From Tubiluchus corallicola (lineage: Eukaryota; Animalia; Priapulida): a DNA stretch of 64,000 nucleotides. The notes beneath the pieces are model-generated. The model was not told the DNA's origin. It searched no databases and saw only the letters and a program-made list of their open reading frames with translations. The position numbers and the translations under genes are program-made. This document shows, in pieces, positions 27,671 to 42,458 of this stretch. The stretch is taken from contig JAQGDQ010000504.1 in assembly GCA_030141605.1 (NCBI GenBank), forward strand, positions 1 through 64,000. Direction: 5' to 3'. The first letter of the stretch is position 1. Every line of letters begins with the position of its first letter.

Positions 27671-29656
27671 GTAAGCAGGGTTAGAAGATGACAAAAGCGG
27701 TCTGTTTAAAATTAATCATCTAGGTTAGTTCTTCTTATAAGGTATAACTACATATTCAGGTTAGGGAGTTTTACACACGAATTCTCTTTGAGACTAAGGC
27801 AGTAAGTGTGAACGATTTTGTAAGAACTGTCGTGAGTTTTGTTGAATGTTGGAGAGAACTCATGGCAACACTGAGAGAGCTTGCAACTTCTTGCCGACAG
27901 AATCTGCAAAGCTGTTCATACTTACGTGTTTATTCTCAGAGAGTAGACTCGTGGCAGAAAACTCGATAGTTTGAACGTGGCGTTAGCTATTTCAAGGAAG
28001 TTCACATAAAGTTTAAGCAGTTAGAAAATTAACTATCAGAACATATTTTACCTGTTACTGCAGCTTCCGTTTCCACTGTAGCTTTGCAATAAATTAAAAG
28101 ACGATTTACAACTGAAATGAACGTCGAAGCTTTTAAATCTTCACATGTGTTCTCTTCAACATGACAGCATTGTTTGTAATTGTATAATTGTGATGCTGCA
28201 GTTCAGTGGTGAAAAAAATCACAATAGAAAACTCGCTAGTTTGAATACGCTGTTGGGTATTCCAAGCAGGTTCATATAAAATTTAAGCTGATTTTGCAGG
28301 GTGCTAAACTCTTCTGCCACGGAACAAAAAACCAGCTAACCCCCGTCACAGGCCCTGAATTTACAGCTAGCCGAATTTCTAAATGCTATAATTTCTCTTT
28401 TAAAACTCATCTTTTCATTCATACTAGTTACTTTATTCATTTTTTGTTTATTTTCACAAGCATCCGAGTATCGTTACTTTAACAAACTTTCTTCAGCAAA
28501 CTTTACTCTTTACACACTAATTTTGGACCGAACACGTGACTTCCATGGTTTTCCATAAGCACTAGCTGCTTAAGCTAATTCAAACTTCTTCAGCAGCTTA
28601 CCTAATGCTCCCGCAAAAATATTAGTTTTCTAGTTTTTTGCAAAAACTTCTGATATTTTTGTTGAAGATTGGCAGTGAGCTACTTTCCTTCAAGAAGAAT
28701 GACGTCATTGAAAGAAGAATAAGCATTGAAAAGTAGGAGCACCCAAGCAGAGAACTTTACTAGATACATGCTTACTGCAGTTTTATCATTAAATTCTCCT
28801 AACTTTTTCGCACACTTTGAAATAAGCCTAAGTTCATTGACTTGGGGTTAGAATAATTTAAAATAAAAATGTCAGCCAGCATAAACTTAAGCAAAGACAA
28901 TTGTTTTATTCAGACAAAACTTTAGCAACATTTCGACACAGTTAAGGCCTTGTTCAAGCAACAGGCAACCTAAATAAAAACACAGTGCGAAAATACAATA
29001 TTCAATATTGTATCAATTAAATAGGACAAATGCTAAATTGTAAATTTACATGTGGGATCGTGTGATGCAAAACCAAACAGCATAAAAAATAAAGTTATGC
29101 TACTACAAAGCTATTCATTCATTGACAAATGCCTTTAGATGGTAATAAGAGAAATTTTTGAACAAGCTGTTGCATTTTTATTTTAAAACTCGTTTTTCCC
29201 GAAGTCAAACAGTTTGGCAAAGCAATAAAACAACTATGCGTATGCAGGAGTAAAAGAAATTCTTAAAATAGAAAGGTCAAACACAGTGAAAGATAGATTT
29301 TATATTATGCAATGCAACAAATTCCTGCACGCAACAGAGATTTTTTCAGAAGTAAATCTCCATTGATAACTACTAGATTGGACGCAAGATTTTATTGTAA
29401 AAACAACGCATATTTTTATGACGTCATTAGGTAATGGAAAGTGCAATTTAAAGTACAAAACTTTATGCAAAATATACAAACTGCTAAATATTATCAGCTT
29501 ATAATGTCTTATTGTTTTAATGTTTTTTAATCTGTAAATATCTAGTAAAATTGAATGGACAAATAAGCAAATCTAAAGTCTAATTAAAATCTAGTGAATC
29601 TAAGTAATTAGTTAACTAAATCAACTAAAATTTTTAAAACTCTAAAACTCTCCAAA

Positions 29657-30181
29657 TCAGTTCGTAATGGATTTACAAACAAATGAAAAATCTCGAGTAC
29701 ATTTGACATCATTCCATTTGTAATCCCACCATACTTCTATACAGTGTTCTACTCCTCCACCATTGTCAGGCATTTTCGCTGTCCAATTGGAGTATAAGAT
29801 TTCATGACCATTAGAAATCCATATCCAGTGACCTTCTCTGTGTTGATCCGTCCCACCAATCCAGGTACGTTTCATTTCTAAAGCAAGGTCAAGGTCACTT
29901 TATTGTTAATAAATCAACGATTATTTGCAGTTTTATTCCTAAAAGAAGTTGTGTTTCTTGTAACCCATGTGGGTACCGATCATTCAAATTACACGAGTTC
30001 CAAACACAACACTTCTTTATTCTCTACTCTCTTTCACTGTTACATAATGAATTTAGTAAGTAAAAACAATCATGAACACAAACTTTCCCTGTATATTATT
30101 ATACGCTTCACATGCATATACTCACATATGCGTAACCAAGACACACAGTAGTAGTAAGTCTACCAAGGAACCCACATTCAT
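29657..30181 (-). pseudogene. B-type C-type lectin pseudogene: 5' part of exon 1 fused to the end of intron 2; exon 3 (29877-29657) intact
   Basis: ATG at 30181 reads MNVGSLVDLLLLCVLVTHM*, then jumps into intron-2 sequence at about 30123. Exon 2 is missing. Exon 3 keeps its AG acceptor and an open frame (WIGGTD..MPDN..WND..FVC). Confidence 0.85.
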
Positions 30182-30367
30182 TGTGCGTATTGTATTTATT
30201 GTCAAGACGAAGATGAACTACAAAAACAATTTTTGCAAAAGTAATTAGTTAGCAAAAAATATAGAAAAATAAAAATAAATTTCAGAGTAAAAAGAAAAGT
30301 TAAGAAAGGCACAGAGAACTCGAACTGTATCATAATGATAATAATAATAATAATAATGATGATGATT

Positions 30368-30428
<61 letters not shown>

Positions 30429-31541
30429 CAAAAACTAGCCATACCCACAAAAATTATTTTGTGCATAAACAACCCAACCCAAACCACACCACACCAACCC
30501 TACCTCACATTCACAGAATTCACACCTTATCTCACAACACCTTAATGTCTACATTGGATCGCCTAGAACCACCCAGACTTCACTACACTACAAAACCCAC
30601 AGCGCACCATGCACAAGCTGTTCATACTTACGTGTTTATTTTCATAGAAAAAACTCGATAGTTTGAACGTGGCGTTAGGTATTTTAAGGAAGTTCACATA
30701 AAGTTTAAGCAGTTAGAAAATTAACTATTAGAACATATTTTACCTGTTACTGCAGCTTCCACTTTTACTGTAGCTTTGCAATAAATTAAAAGACGATTTA
30801 CAACTGAAATGAACGTCGAAGCTTTTAAATCTTCACGTGTGTTCTCTTCCACACGACAGCATTGTTTCGTAATAATATAATTGTGACGCTACGTTAAATA
30901 TTCCAAGCAGGTTCATATGAAATTTGAAGGGGGAAGTTAAGATAATAGTCATTATTAAAGCTAGCACGTTTTACTAATTGTGATACTCGCGTATAAATAC
31001 ATATACATATGTACACACATACATACATACATACATACATATATACATACATAAGTACTGGTTCTGTCGTGCATTTCCTTTCGTTTTAATCCAAAATTTC
31101 TGTTTTTCAGAAATGAAAAATTCCTATTACACATCGGCATGTTATTAAATAAGCCTTTTCACAGTTCCAGCAATTGATGATGATCGTGCAAAGGTCAAAG
31201 GTTAAGTGTACTACACAATGCATTTGTGTACACTTGACAACATCTAGTGTGATACTGACAGTTCCAATGGCTAGCTAGAATCTTACCTAGCTCACTTTTT
31301 CTTGTTCCCGATCTCGATCTTGCAAGTAAATCACTGACTTATGTATATTAACTGAATTCCCCATAAAACAACTGAAGGCATACTGAACTGATGCAGAAGG
31401 CAACCTTGCTTTACCACATATCACGTGACGTTTGTAGTTAAGAAACACTTTGCTGTGATAACAGTTGACCTACACAAACTGCACGCAACGAAACTGTGAA
31501 AAGGCTTATTAACAGGTTTATTAAAGTTATTTTTTTCATAA

Positions 31542-31768
31542 AAATGAGAAATACGTGGAATGGAGGAACAGATAGGCTGAATGAAAACGACTTTAGATGG
31601 ACTTCTAATGGTCAATCCGTAACATTTACTAACTGGATTGATGGTGTACCTAATGACCATGAAGGATTAGAGCTTTGCATATTAATGCAGCTTCATGAGA
31701 ATTATCAATGGAACCATATAGATTGTAACGAGGAATTTTTTTTCATTTGTGAATCTGATGCCAAGTAG
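31542..31768 (+). pseudogene. Orphan A-type C-type lectin exon 3 with a destroyed splice acceptor
   Basis: Open frame MRNTWNGGTD...CESDAK. The acceptor is ttcataA here versus ttcataG in A and A'. It is flanked only by about 0.5 kb of intron 2 and about 0.4 kb of 3' sequence, with no exon 1 or 2 nearby. Confidence 0.8.
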
Positions 31769-32906
31769 TAAAGTTTCCACCATGAGATGATTATGGTCTA
31801 AATGCTTGTTTAGTCTTTCTTCAGACCGTCTGTAATTTACTGTTAAAATATGCCACTAGTCTTATTATTATTATAAAACTAATAATAACGTTTTTAATTA
31901 ATATTAACTTATTAATTATTTTAGACTGTCTTCTTGCTCACATTTTTCCATTTTACATCTTACCAGTGTTAAGAACGTGGAAACTGTAAACCACAAATAT
32001 GTTTTCATAAATAAAATAGATAAATATATAAATAAATAATGTTTTTTTAAGTCACACCTTGGTAATAAAACGGAGTACAAGCTGTGTTTGCAAAAAAAAA
32101 TCAAAAAAGAGTCAAAAAACGCGTAAGAGACATTGTTTACAAGATAAAAGTTTGGAGAAATGACGTCACAAAGATGGGAAAAGATGAATTTTAAAAGAGA
32201 AATTATCGAATTTAAAAATTCGACTAGCTGTAAATTCAGGGCCTGTGACGGGGGTTAGCTGGTTTTTTGTTCCGTGGCAGAAGAGTTTAGCACCCTGCAA
32301 AATCAGCTTAAAGTTTATATGAACCTGCTTGGAATACCCAACAACGTATTCAAGCTAGCGAGTTTTCTATTGTGATTTTTTCACCACTGAACTGCAGCGT
32401 CACAATCATACTATTACGAAACAATGCTGTCGTGTTGAAGAGAACACATGTGAAGATTTAAAAGCTTCGGCGTTCATTTCAGTTGTAAATCGTTTTTTAA
32501 TTTATTGGAAAGCTACAGTGGAAGCTGCAGTAACAGGTAAAATTAGTTCTGATGGTTAATTTTCTAACTGCTTAAACTTTATGTGAACTTCCTTGAAATA
32601 CCTAATGCCACGTTCAAACTATCCAGTTTTCTGACAAGAGTCTACTCTCTGAGAATAAACACGTAAGTATGAACAGCTTTACAGATTCTGTCGGCAAGAA
32701 GTTGGAAACTCTCCCGGAGTTGCTGAGAGCTCTCTCCGACATTCAACAAAACTGACGAGAGTTCTTAAAAAATCATGTCTTTGGTTTAATTGTCGTCTTT
32801 TTCTTTATTCCATTGGGGACAGATCTATTACCGAAATTTGAGACGAAAAAAGGTAAATGTATAATGCTAGAAGACTGATCCATTAGCGGAACTGGGGGGG
32901 AGAGGG

Positions 32907-33058
32907 CTGCACAAAAACAGTAAATCTACACTCAGTTGGAGGGCAGATCTATTAAAGGAAATTCTGGGTGCTGCACAAAAACAGTAAATCTACACTCAGT
33001 TGGAGGGCAGATCTATTAATGAAATTCTGGGTGCTGCACAAAAACAGTAAATTTACAC
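32907..33058. repeat. About 62-bp tandem repeat, about 2.5 copies
   Basis: gctgcacaaaaacagtaaatctacactcagttggagggcagatctattaa.. repeated. Confidence 0.8.
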
Positions 33059-33279
33059 TTGATTGAACACGTTATGCACAGCTTAACATTCTACGCCCAT
33101 TTGAACAAAGTAATTTTGTCATGTTCAGCACACATGAAGCCATTTCGTCAAGCCCCAGCACACGTGAAGCCATTTCATAAAGCCTGCGTGCTTTACTTAC
33201 ATCTAAGTTTTCTATACTACAGGAGCCAAGTGATTTGCACTACAACACTATATCAACAGTACAATGTTACTATATGAAT

Positions 33280-34056
33280 ATTATACTATGCTATGCTGTG
33301 CTATGCTATGCTATGCTATGCCATGCCGTGCCATACCATACCATACTATACTACACTATACTATACTATACTTTACTACACTACACTACACTACACCACA
33401 CCACACTACACTACACTACACTACACTACACTACACTACACTACACTACACTACACTACACTACACTACACTACACTACACTACACTACACTACACTATA
33501 CTGCGCTGCGCTATGCTAGGCTGCACTGCACTGCACTACTCTATACTACACTGCACCGCACTACACTACACTACACTACACTACACTACACTACACTACA
33601 CTACACTACACTACACTACACTACACTACACTACACTGTGCTGCACTATGCTACGCTGCACTGCACTGCACTACACTACACTACACTGCACCGCACTACA
33701 CTACACTACACTACACTACACTACACTACACTACACTACACTATACTGCGCTGCGCTATGCTATGCTGCACTGCACTGCACTGCACTACACTACACTGCA
33801 CTGCACTACACTACAGTACGCTACGCTACACTACACTACACTACACTACACTACACTACACTACACTACACTACACTACACTACACTACACTACACTACA
33901 CTACACTGCACTGCACTGTACTACATTACACTGCACACTACACTACACTACACTACACTACACTACACTACACTACACTACACTACACTACACTACACTA
34001 CACTACACTACACTACACTACACTACACTACACTACACTACACTACACCACACTAT
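33280..34056. repeat. (CTACA)n pentanucleotide satellite
   Basis: Visible array with ctgca, ctatg and ctata variants. Confidence 0.95.
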
Positions 34057-34819
34057 ACAGGAAACGATACTACTGAGCAAGTTAAACGAGTAAAACAGCA
34101 TAAATGCATAGACAACACAATACGATACCCTTCAATACTAGATCATTGTCTAAGTGGCTGCTTCTCATTCATATAAATTTGCTAATATATAAAACTTAAT
34201 ATTTCTCGTACGGACATTATTAGACAATTAGCAGAAAATAACTAGAAAGTTAGAGCTAAGATGTCGGGCATCAGCTGGAGTTCGACGCTAAAGGACAAGG
34301 ATTAAGATTACGATTTAGGTTAAGGTAATATGACGGCCAATTGTACATGTAGATAAGAAGTCCAAATTAAATAACATTAAGGGCCTACATAAATAAACAG
34401 TTGGAGTCTGAGAAGAATTAAATGTTTGTGTTTTCAGTAAGCAAATATGCAAATATGTTACTTTCCAATGCTTCAGAAATTCAAAGAAATAATTGTGGCT
34501 GTCATTCTATGTTCTTATTTTGCAAACATAAAAAATGAAAAAGTAAAAAAGTGTATGTAAAAAGTGTACAAGATTTATGTGGTTTTGGGAACTAAATTCA
34601 ATAGTCATTACGAATTCTAATCTAGCTAGGTACTACAGTTTAACTTTAAAATAAAATAAATTAAAAACTAAAATGTTAGTGTCATACCAGAATCACTTTA
34701 ATTGCAGCCAGCAAAAATAGCTATTGCTTGACGTAAAAAAATTGAACACTGAAAATTTAAATTTTGAAAAACTAAACTAGAATCATTTGCCTAGAAAATG
34801 ACCACCTTTTGTCCTGAGA

Positions 34820-34853
<34 letters not shown>

Positions 34854-35211
34854 ATAGACACATATACAGAAAAACATAAATCATTTGTCCTAGGCCCTGG
34901 ACTCCCTCCCAGGCACCTATGCCTATGTGCATTTAAACTAGACCTGGCAAACAAACACTTCTGAGAAAAAAAGAGGATGTTCTGAAATTTTCACAATAGA
35001 AAATCCAACAATCACGTTCTCAACTTTGAACCTGTGAGACAAGTAATTTAGAATTTTCGTCTGTGTGTGGCATAAACTGTGCGTTTACCGAGTGCTACTT
35101 TAAACAGTAAGTTTAATGCACGTTATTTTCAATAATGTTGATAATGATGGTAATAGAAATTATGTTATTATTATTATTGTTGTTGTTGCTGTTGTTTTTT
35201 TATTATTATTA

Positions 35212-35906
35212 TCGTATATATTAATTCTACTTATACATATATATATAGATAGGCTTCGAGGCTACAGCTTCGACGACGGCACCATTTGCAGCGATCTATG
35301 CATCAAAAGAAAGGTCTCGATCTAGTGTCGTGCCATTGGGCATTTATTTTTTGAATCAGGCTTACCGGGACGAATGGGTGGGGCGCGAAAAACCTCCAAA
35401 AATGGACATTTTTTGGCCTTTTTTGCAAAACTTATACCTCTTAATTCTAAAAAACGGGAATGGGCCGGGAATGGAGCCAGTACTGGATAGATAGCCCGTT
35501 CAGCGGTGGGTGTCATAGGCCTATTTAGAATTCGCGAGAGGGCCACGGCGCCCAGCAACTGGCGTTTTCCCGGACCCAACTCGCATTTTTTTCTAAATTT
35601 TGACCAAACAGCCTTCGGAAAAAACGCTCTGGCAGCGTCTGGTGGGACTTTCGGAAGAAGGTATATAGCTCTTTAGAAAGAGGAAGGACAGGGCTACGCG
35701 ATGATGTGGGCTATATTTTAGGACGCATCCACCAAGAGGAGTGCCGACGAGGTAATTAGATGTTCTACTTATGGCGATTTTCTCTTGGAACACTGCTGAC
35801 GCAGAGACATTGTTCTGACGTCATCCATTATACGCTGCCTATAATCTTATAACTTTAATTCAGTAAAAGCTGCTGCAGGCTTTGCGTTAGGTAAATAAAC
35901 AAACAC
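35212..35906 (+). mobile_element. Helitron copy H5 upstream of B3 (3' end replaced by microsatellite)
   Basis: Starts A|TCGTATATATT as H4 does; body homologous to H1-H4. Confidence 0.7.
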
Positions 35907-36269
<363 letters not shown>

Positions 36270-36978
36270 ACCATTGTTGACTTTATTTACTCTGGAAGAT
36301 CTTAATATTTTATGGTGGACTTGTACACAGGTAATATAGAAAATGAGGCAATATTTGGTCTTCCTGTAACAGGTGTTTTCAAGGACTCATATGCCCAAAT
36401 TTTGTGAAAAACTGCACAAACAACGTTCAGAAAAACTCAATTTGTAGGAAGATTTCATTGAAAGCTTGTATTACAAAGCTGTGTTAAACCTCTGAGTGCT
36501 GCATGCTATTTCTAACATCCATTGTCTTTGAACTGAAGAAATTTTGCGGCTGTTCCAGGTAGTGTCGACACCCGGCGTTCCGCTGTGTCATAGCATGTGT
36601 GTAAGAGTTCCGATAGTCTATTATCATCTGAGAAGCAGTTAGCAAAACTAAGTAGAATGACCGTGCATTATTCATCTTCAGTAGATGGGTCTAAGAATAT
36701 TTGTTATAGCAGTTTATGACTTTGTACAAAATGTTTTGCTTGGTTTTGCTATGATGCTCTGCTGTTGGTGTTGGTATGGTACGTGTCGTTATCGTGATCA
36801 TGATCATGATCATCATCATCATCATAGACATGATCCCCATGAGATGTACTGTGCTGGGTGTGGCATGTTATGTGTGGTGTGCTGTGAGTGCTGTAGGGTA
36901 GTGAGGTCTGGGTGGTTGTAATCTAGATAGTAAGGTGTTGTGAGATAAGGTGTGAATTCTGTGGAAGTGTAGTTTTTG

Positions 36979-37103
<125 letters not shown>

Positions 37104-37254
37104 ATTATTATGACTGCGATACAGTTCGAGTGCCTTTCTTCCCTTTCATTTTTGTTCTGAAATTTATTTTTATTTATTTTTTGCCCACTAATTACTTTTG
37201 CAAAAGTTGTTTTTGTAGTTCATCTTCGTCTTGACAATAATTACAATACGCGCA

Positions 37255-39184
37255 ATGAATGTGGGTTGCTTGATAGACTTACTACTACTGTGTGTCTTGG
37301 TTACTTTGCATTGTTCAAGTACAGGCAGTGAAAGAGAAACTAACCAGGTAACAACATGTATGTTAATGCAAACAATTTTAACACTTAGTACTGCTCGTAA
37401 ATTAAGAAATAATTATTTATTAACAGTTTGCTTGAGGTCACCATACAAAAATTCTTACTTTTAAATGTGTTTATTTATGCTCTGTTTGTAAAATGCATGC
37501 TACCAAATAGTCGTAAGGAAAACAATGCTTAAAACAAAAATAACAGCCAGCACCCTCTTAAACAAAGAATTAAGCTCTAGATGTCTGCTTTTCTTATAAA
37601 TGATAATTCGTTTTCCTCTAGTCCAGGACAAATGCAGCTTGTTGTCCAAGTGGTGGAATGTTCTACAATGGACATTGCTACCAGTTTTTCGCAACGCCAA
37701 AACTGGTCTGGTGGAAAGCTGTGATATGGTGCAAGCAGCTTGGTGGAGACTTACCAGCTGTAACGACTGCTGCAGAACATAACTTTTTGGTTAAGCAAAT
37801 TATAGCCAGAGGCAAGTTATTTAAATGATTTACAAATTTTACTGTGTTATGTGATTGACAAAGCCAGATTTTCCTATAAGCTAAAAAAGGCTACAGCCTA
37901 GCCCTCAAAGTTTAATAACATCGAATAAACAATTTGTTTTTCACTATGGTTGTGTTGAAATATGTGCTAATTTGGTTTGCAATAAACAGTAAAATAGTGT
38001 TTTTCTTACAGAATATATCTGTAAAAAAACTAAAAAGAACTATTCTAATCTATTCTTACTCAAAGAATTTGAAATAAGTTTTCTTCAAGCTATGTAAATG
38101 TTGCTGAGGCATATCACGAGTAAGAATCTTCAAAACGGGCACTGTTGAGTTAGTTGGTGGCCCGTTCTAGGGAGGCCTCACAATTTTATTAGCCCAGGGG
38201 CCCAAAATGTTACTGCTCAGTGTTTTTTTACTATGAATAATATCTTTTCAGATAGCCTGGCAAAGTGAATCAGTTACTGCTCGGTGTTTTTTTTACTGTG
38301 AGTAATATAATTGCAGACAGCCTGGCAAAGTGAAGCAGTTACTGCTCAGTGTTTTTTTACTGTGAGTAATATAATTGCAGACAGCCTGGCAAAGTGAAGC
38401 AGTTACTGCTCAGTGTTTTTTTTTACTATGAGTAATATAATTGCAGACAGCCTGGCAAAGTGAAGCAGTTACTGCTCAGTGTTTTTTTTACTGTGAGTAA
38501 TATAATTGCAGATAGCCTGGCAACGTGAATCAGTTACTGTATTAATATTAATACAAAGCGCTTTAAATTTTACAAAAGAAATCAAAACTGACCAGGCAAA
38601 GTTATTATATATATAGATATACAAAATCTACCTCCCATTGGCCAATGTGAAAGGCTGCATTTTAGCACTAACTACTTTTTGATTGCTTGTGTCAGGACCT
38701 ACTCCCAACTTCAGGAGTATATGCATGTGAAGCGTACAATAATATACAGACAAAATTTGTGTTCATGATTGTTTTACTTACTAAATTCATTATATAACAG
38801 TGAAAGAGAGTAGAGAATAAATAAGTGTTGTGCTTGAATCATGTGTAATGTGAATGCTAGGTACCCACATGGGTTAGAAGAAACTCAACTTCTTCTAGGA
38901 ATGAAACTGCAACTAATCGTTGATTCTGTTTAATAACGTAGTGACCTTGACCTCTCTTAGGAATGGAAGATACCTGGCTTGGTGGGACGGATCAACAAAG
39001 CGAAGGTTACTGGATTTGGATTTCTAATGGTCATGAAATCATATACACCAATTGGTCCCCGACAATGCCTGACAATGCTAACGGTATAGAACACTGTTTA
39101 CATGTGAGAGACAAAGACAGCAAATGGAATGATCACGCCTGTTCCCGAAAGTTTTCAATTATTTGTAAATCCATAGCGAACTGA
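37255..39184 (+). CDS. C-type lectin gene B3 (168 aa); coding exons 37255-37347, 37622-37811, 38961-39184
   Basis: Signal exon ends CAG|gtaac; exon 2 runs tag|TCC...AGAG|gcaagt; exon 3 starts ttag|GA ATG. Open frame with MPDN/WND. Confidence 0.88.
38210..38540. repeat. About 59-bp minisatellite in intron 2 of B3
   Basis: About 5.5 copies of ..cagacagcctggcaaagtgaagcagttactgctcagtgtttttttactgtgagtaatataattg; fewer units in B1, B2 and B4. Confidence 0.85.
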
Positions 39185-40657
39185 TTCGAAGAGTTTTAAA
39201 AATTTTAGTTAGATTTAATTAACTAATTACTAAGATTCGCTAGATTTTAATTAGACTTTAGATTTGCTTATTTGTCCATTTGATTTTTTCTAGATATTTA
39301 CAATTAAAAAACATTAAAACAACTAGACATTAGCAGATTGTATATTTTGTATAAGGTTTTGTAATTTTAATTGGACTTTGCTTTCACCTAATGCCATGAC
39401 GTCACAATAACGAGAGTTGTTTTTTTACATGCACCTTATGATAAAATCTTTTGCCCAATCTAGTAGTTGTCAATGGAGATTTACTTCTGAAAAATTCTGT
39501 GTTGCCTGTAGGAATTTTTTGCATTGAATAATATAAAATCTATCTTTCACTGTGTTTGACTTTTCTTTTTTAAGAATTTCCTCTACTCCTGCATACCCAT
39601 AGATTGTTTTATCACTTTGCTAAACTGGTGATGGAAAAAACGAATTTTAAACTAAAAATGCAAAGGCTTGTTCAAAAATTTCTCTTGTTATGAGTCTTAT
39701 GACCTAAATGCATTTGTTAAGGAATGAACAGCGTTGTAGTAACATAACTTTATTATTTCTCCCATTTGATTTTGTATCACACAATCACACATGTAAATTT
39801 ACAATTTAGTATTTGCCTTGTTTACTTGTCACAATGTTGAATATTGTATTTTTGCACTGTGTTTTTATTTAGGTTGCCTGTTGCTTGAACATGGCCTTAA
39901 CTGTGTCAAAACGTTGCTAAAGTTTTGTCTGAATAAAACAATTGTCTTTGCTTAAGTATGTGTTGGCTGAGGCTGACATTTTTATTTTAAATTATTCTAA
40001 CCCCAAGTCAATGAAGTTAGGCTTATTTCAAAGTTCGCGAAAAAGTAAAAAGGATTTAGTGATAAAACTGCAATAAGCACGTATCTAGTAAAGTTCTCTG
40101 CTTGGGTGCTCCTACTTTTCAGTGGCCATTCTTCTTCCAGTGACGTCATTCGTCTTGAAGGAAAGTAGCTCACTGCCAATCTTCATCAAAAGTATCAGAA
40201 GTTTTTACAAAAAACAAGAAACCTAATTTTGTAATAGTTTGCGGGAGCATTAGGTAAGCTGCTGAAGAAGTTTGAATTAGTTTAAGCAGCTAGTGCTTAC
40301 GGAAAACCATGGAAGTCACGTGTTCGGTCCAAAATTTGTGTATAAAAGGCAGAGTGTGCAGAAGAAAGTTTGTTAAAGTAATGTGGATGCTTGTTAAAAT
40401 AAACAAAAACTGAATAAAGTAACGAGTCTGAGGGAAAAGATGAGTTTTAAAAGAGAAATTATAGCATTTAAAAATTCGGGTAGCTGTAATTACAGGGATT
40501 GTGAGGGGGTTAGCCGGTATTTTGTTCCATGGCACAAGAGCCTAGGAGGACCCACAGCAAAGTCAGCTTAAATTTTATATGAACCTGCTTTTATATGAAT
40601 ACCTAACAGCGTATTCAAACTAGCGAGTTTTTTATTGTGTTTTATCCTGCACTGAAC

Positions 40658-40750
40658 CAAAGTTTAGGAAAAGGAAGTGACGAAATTCGCCTATTGTTGC
40701 GTATTTCGTTTTTGCGATTAGCGGCATCAAACGGCGGATGATTGAAAAGC
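40658..40750 (-). mobile_element. Truncated end of the same P-like element at the paralogous site downstream of B3
   Basis: actgaac|caaagtttaggaaaaggaagtgacgaaattc is identical to the sequence from 54956 onward. Confidence 0.7.
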
Positions 40751-41150
40751 TGCGCTCTGACTGTAATAATAATATTCTTAAGCTTACCAATAGTGTTGGC
40801 ATATGCGATATTTGGGAACTAAATTCAATAGTTATTATGAATTCTAAATCTATTTAGCTACTACAGTTGAACTTTAAAATAAAAATTGATTAACCTAGAA
40901 CTAGACCTGGCAAACAAACACTTCTGAGAAAAAAAGAGAATGTTCTAAAATTTTCACAATAGAAAATCCAACAATGACGTTCTCAACTTTGAACCTGTGA
41001 AACAAGTAATTTAGAATTTTCGTCTGTGTGGCATAAACTGTGTGTTTACCGAGTGCTACTTTAAACAGTAAGTTTAATGCACGTTATTTTCAAAAATGTT
41101 GATAATGATGATAATAGAAAAAATGTAGTAATAATAGTAGTAGTAATAGC

Positions 41151-41207
<57 letters not shown>

Positions 41208-41209
<2 letters not shown>

Positions 41210-41855
41210 GCTACAGTTTCGACGACGGCACCATTTGCAGCGATCTATGCATCAAAAGAAAGGTCTCGATCTAGTGTCGTGCCATTGGGCATTTATTTTT
41301 TGAATCAGGCTTACCGGGACGAATGGGTGGGGCGCGAAAAACCTCCAAAAATGGACATTTTTTGGCCTTTTTTGCAAAACTTATACCTCTTAATTCTAAA
41401 AAACGGGAATGGGCCGGGAATGGAGCCAGTACTGGATAGATAGCCCGTTCAGCGGTGGGTGTCATAGGCCTATTTAGAATTCGCGAGAGGGCCACGGCGC
41501 CCAGCAACTGGCGTTTTCCCGGACCCAACTCGCATTTTTTTCTAAATTTTGACCAAACAGCCTTCGGAAAAAACGCTCTGGCAGCGTCTGGTGGGACTTT
41601 CGGAAGAAGGTATATAGCTCTTTAGAAAGAGGAAGGACAGGGCTACGCGATGATGTGGGCTATATTTTAGGACGCATCCACCAAGAGGAGTGCCGACGAG
41701 GTAATTAGATGTTCTACTTATGGCGATTTTCTCTTGGAACACTGCTGTCGCAGAGACATTGTTCTGACGTCATCCATTATACGCTGCCTATAATCTTATA
41801 ACTTTAATTCAGTAAAAGCTGCTGCAGGCTTTGCGTTAGGTAAATAAACAAACAC
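41208..41855 (+). mobile_element. Helitron copy H6 upstream of B4 (both ends lost in microsatellites)
   Basis: Almost identical to H5; the same spurious ORF translations appear in the ORF track. Confidence 0.7.

Positions 41856-42458
<603 letters not shown>

Noticed and set aside
33235-34176. Long ORFs of HYTTL repeats (up to 270 aa)
   Set aside because: Translation of the (CTACA)n satellite, which is open in several frames.
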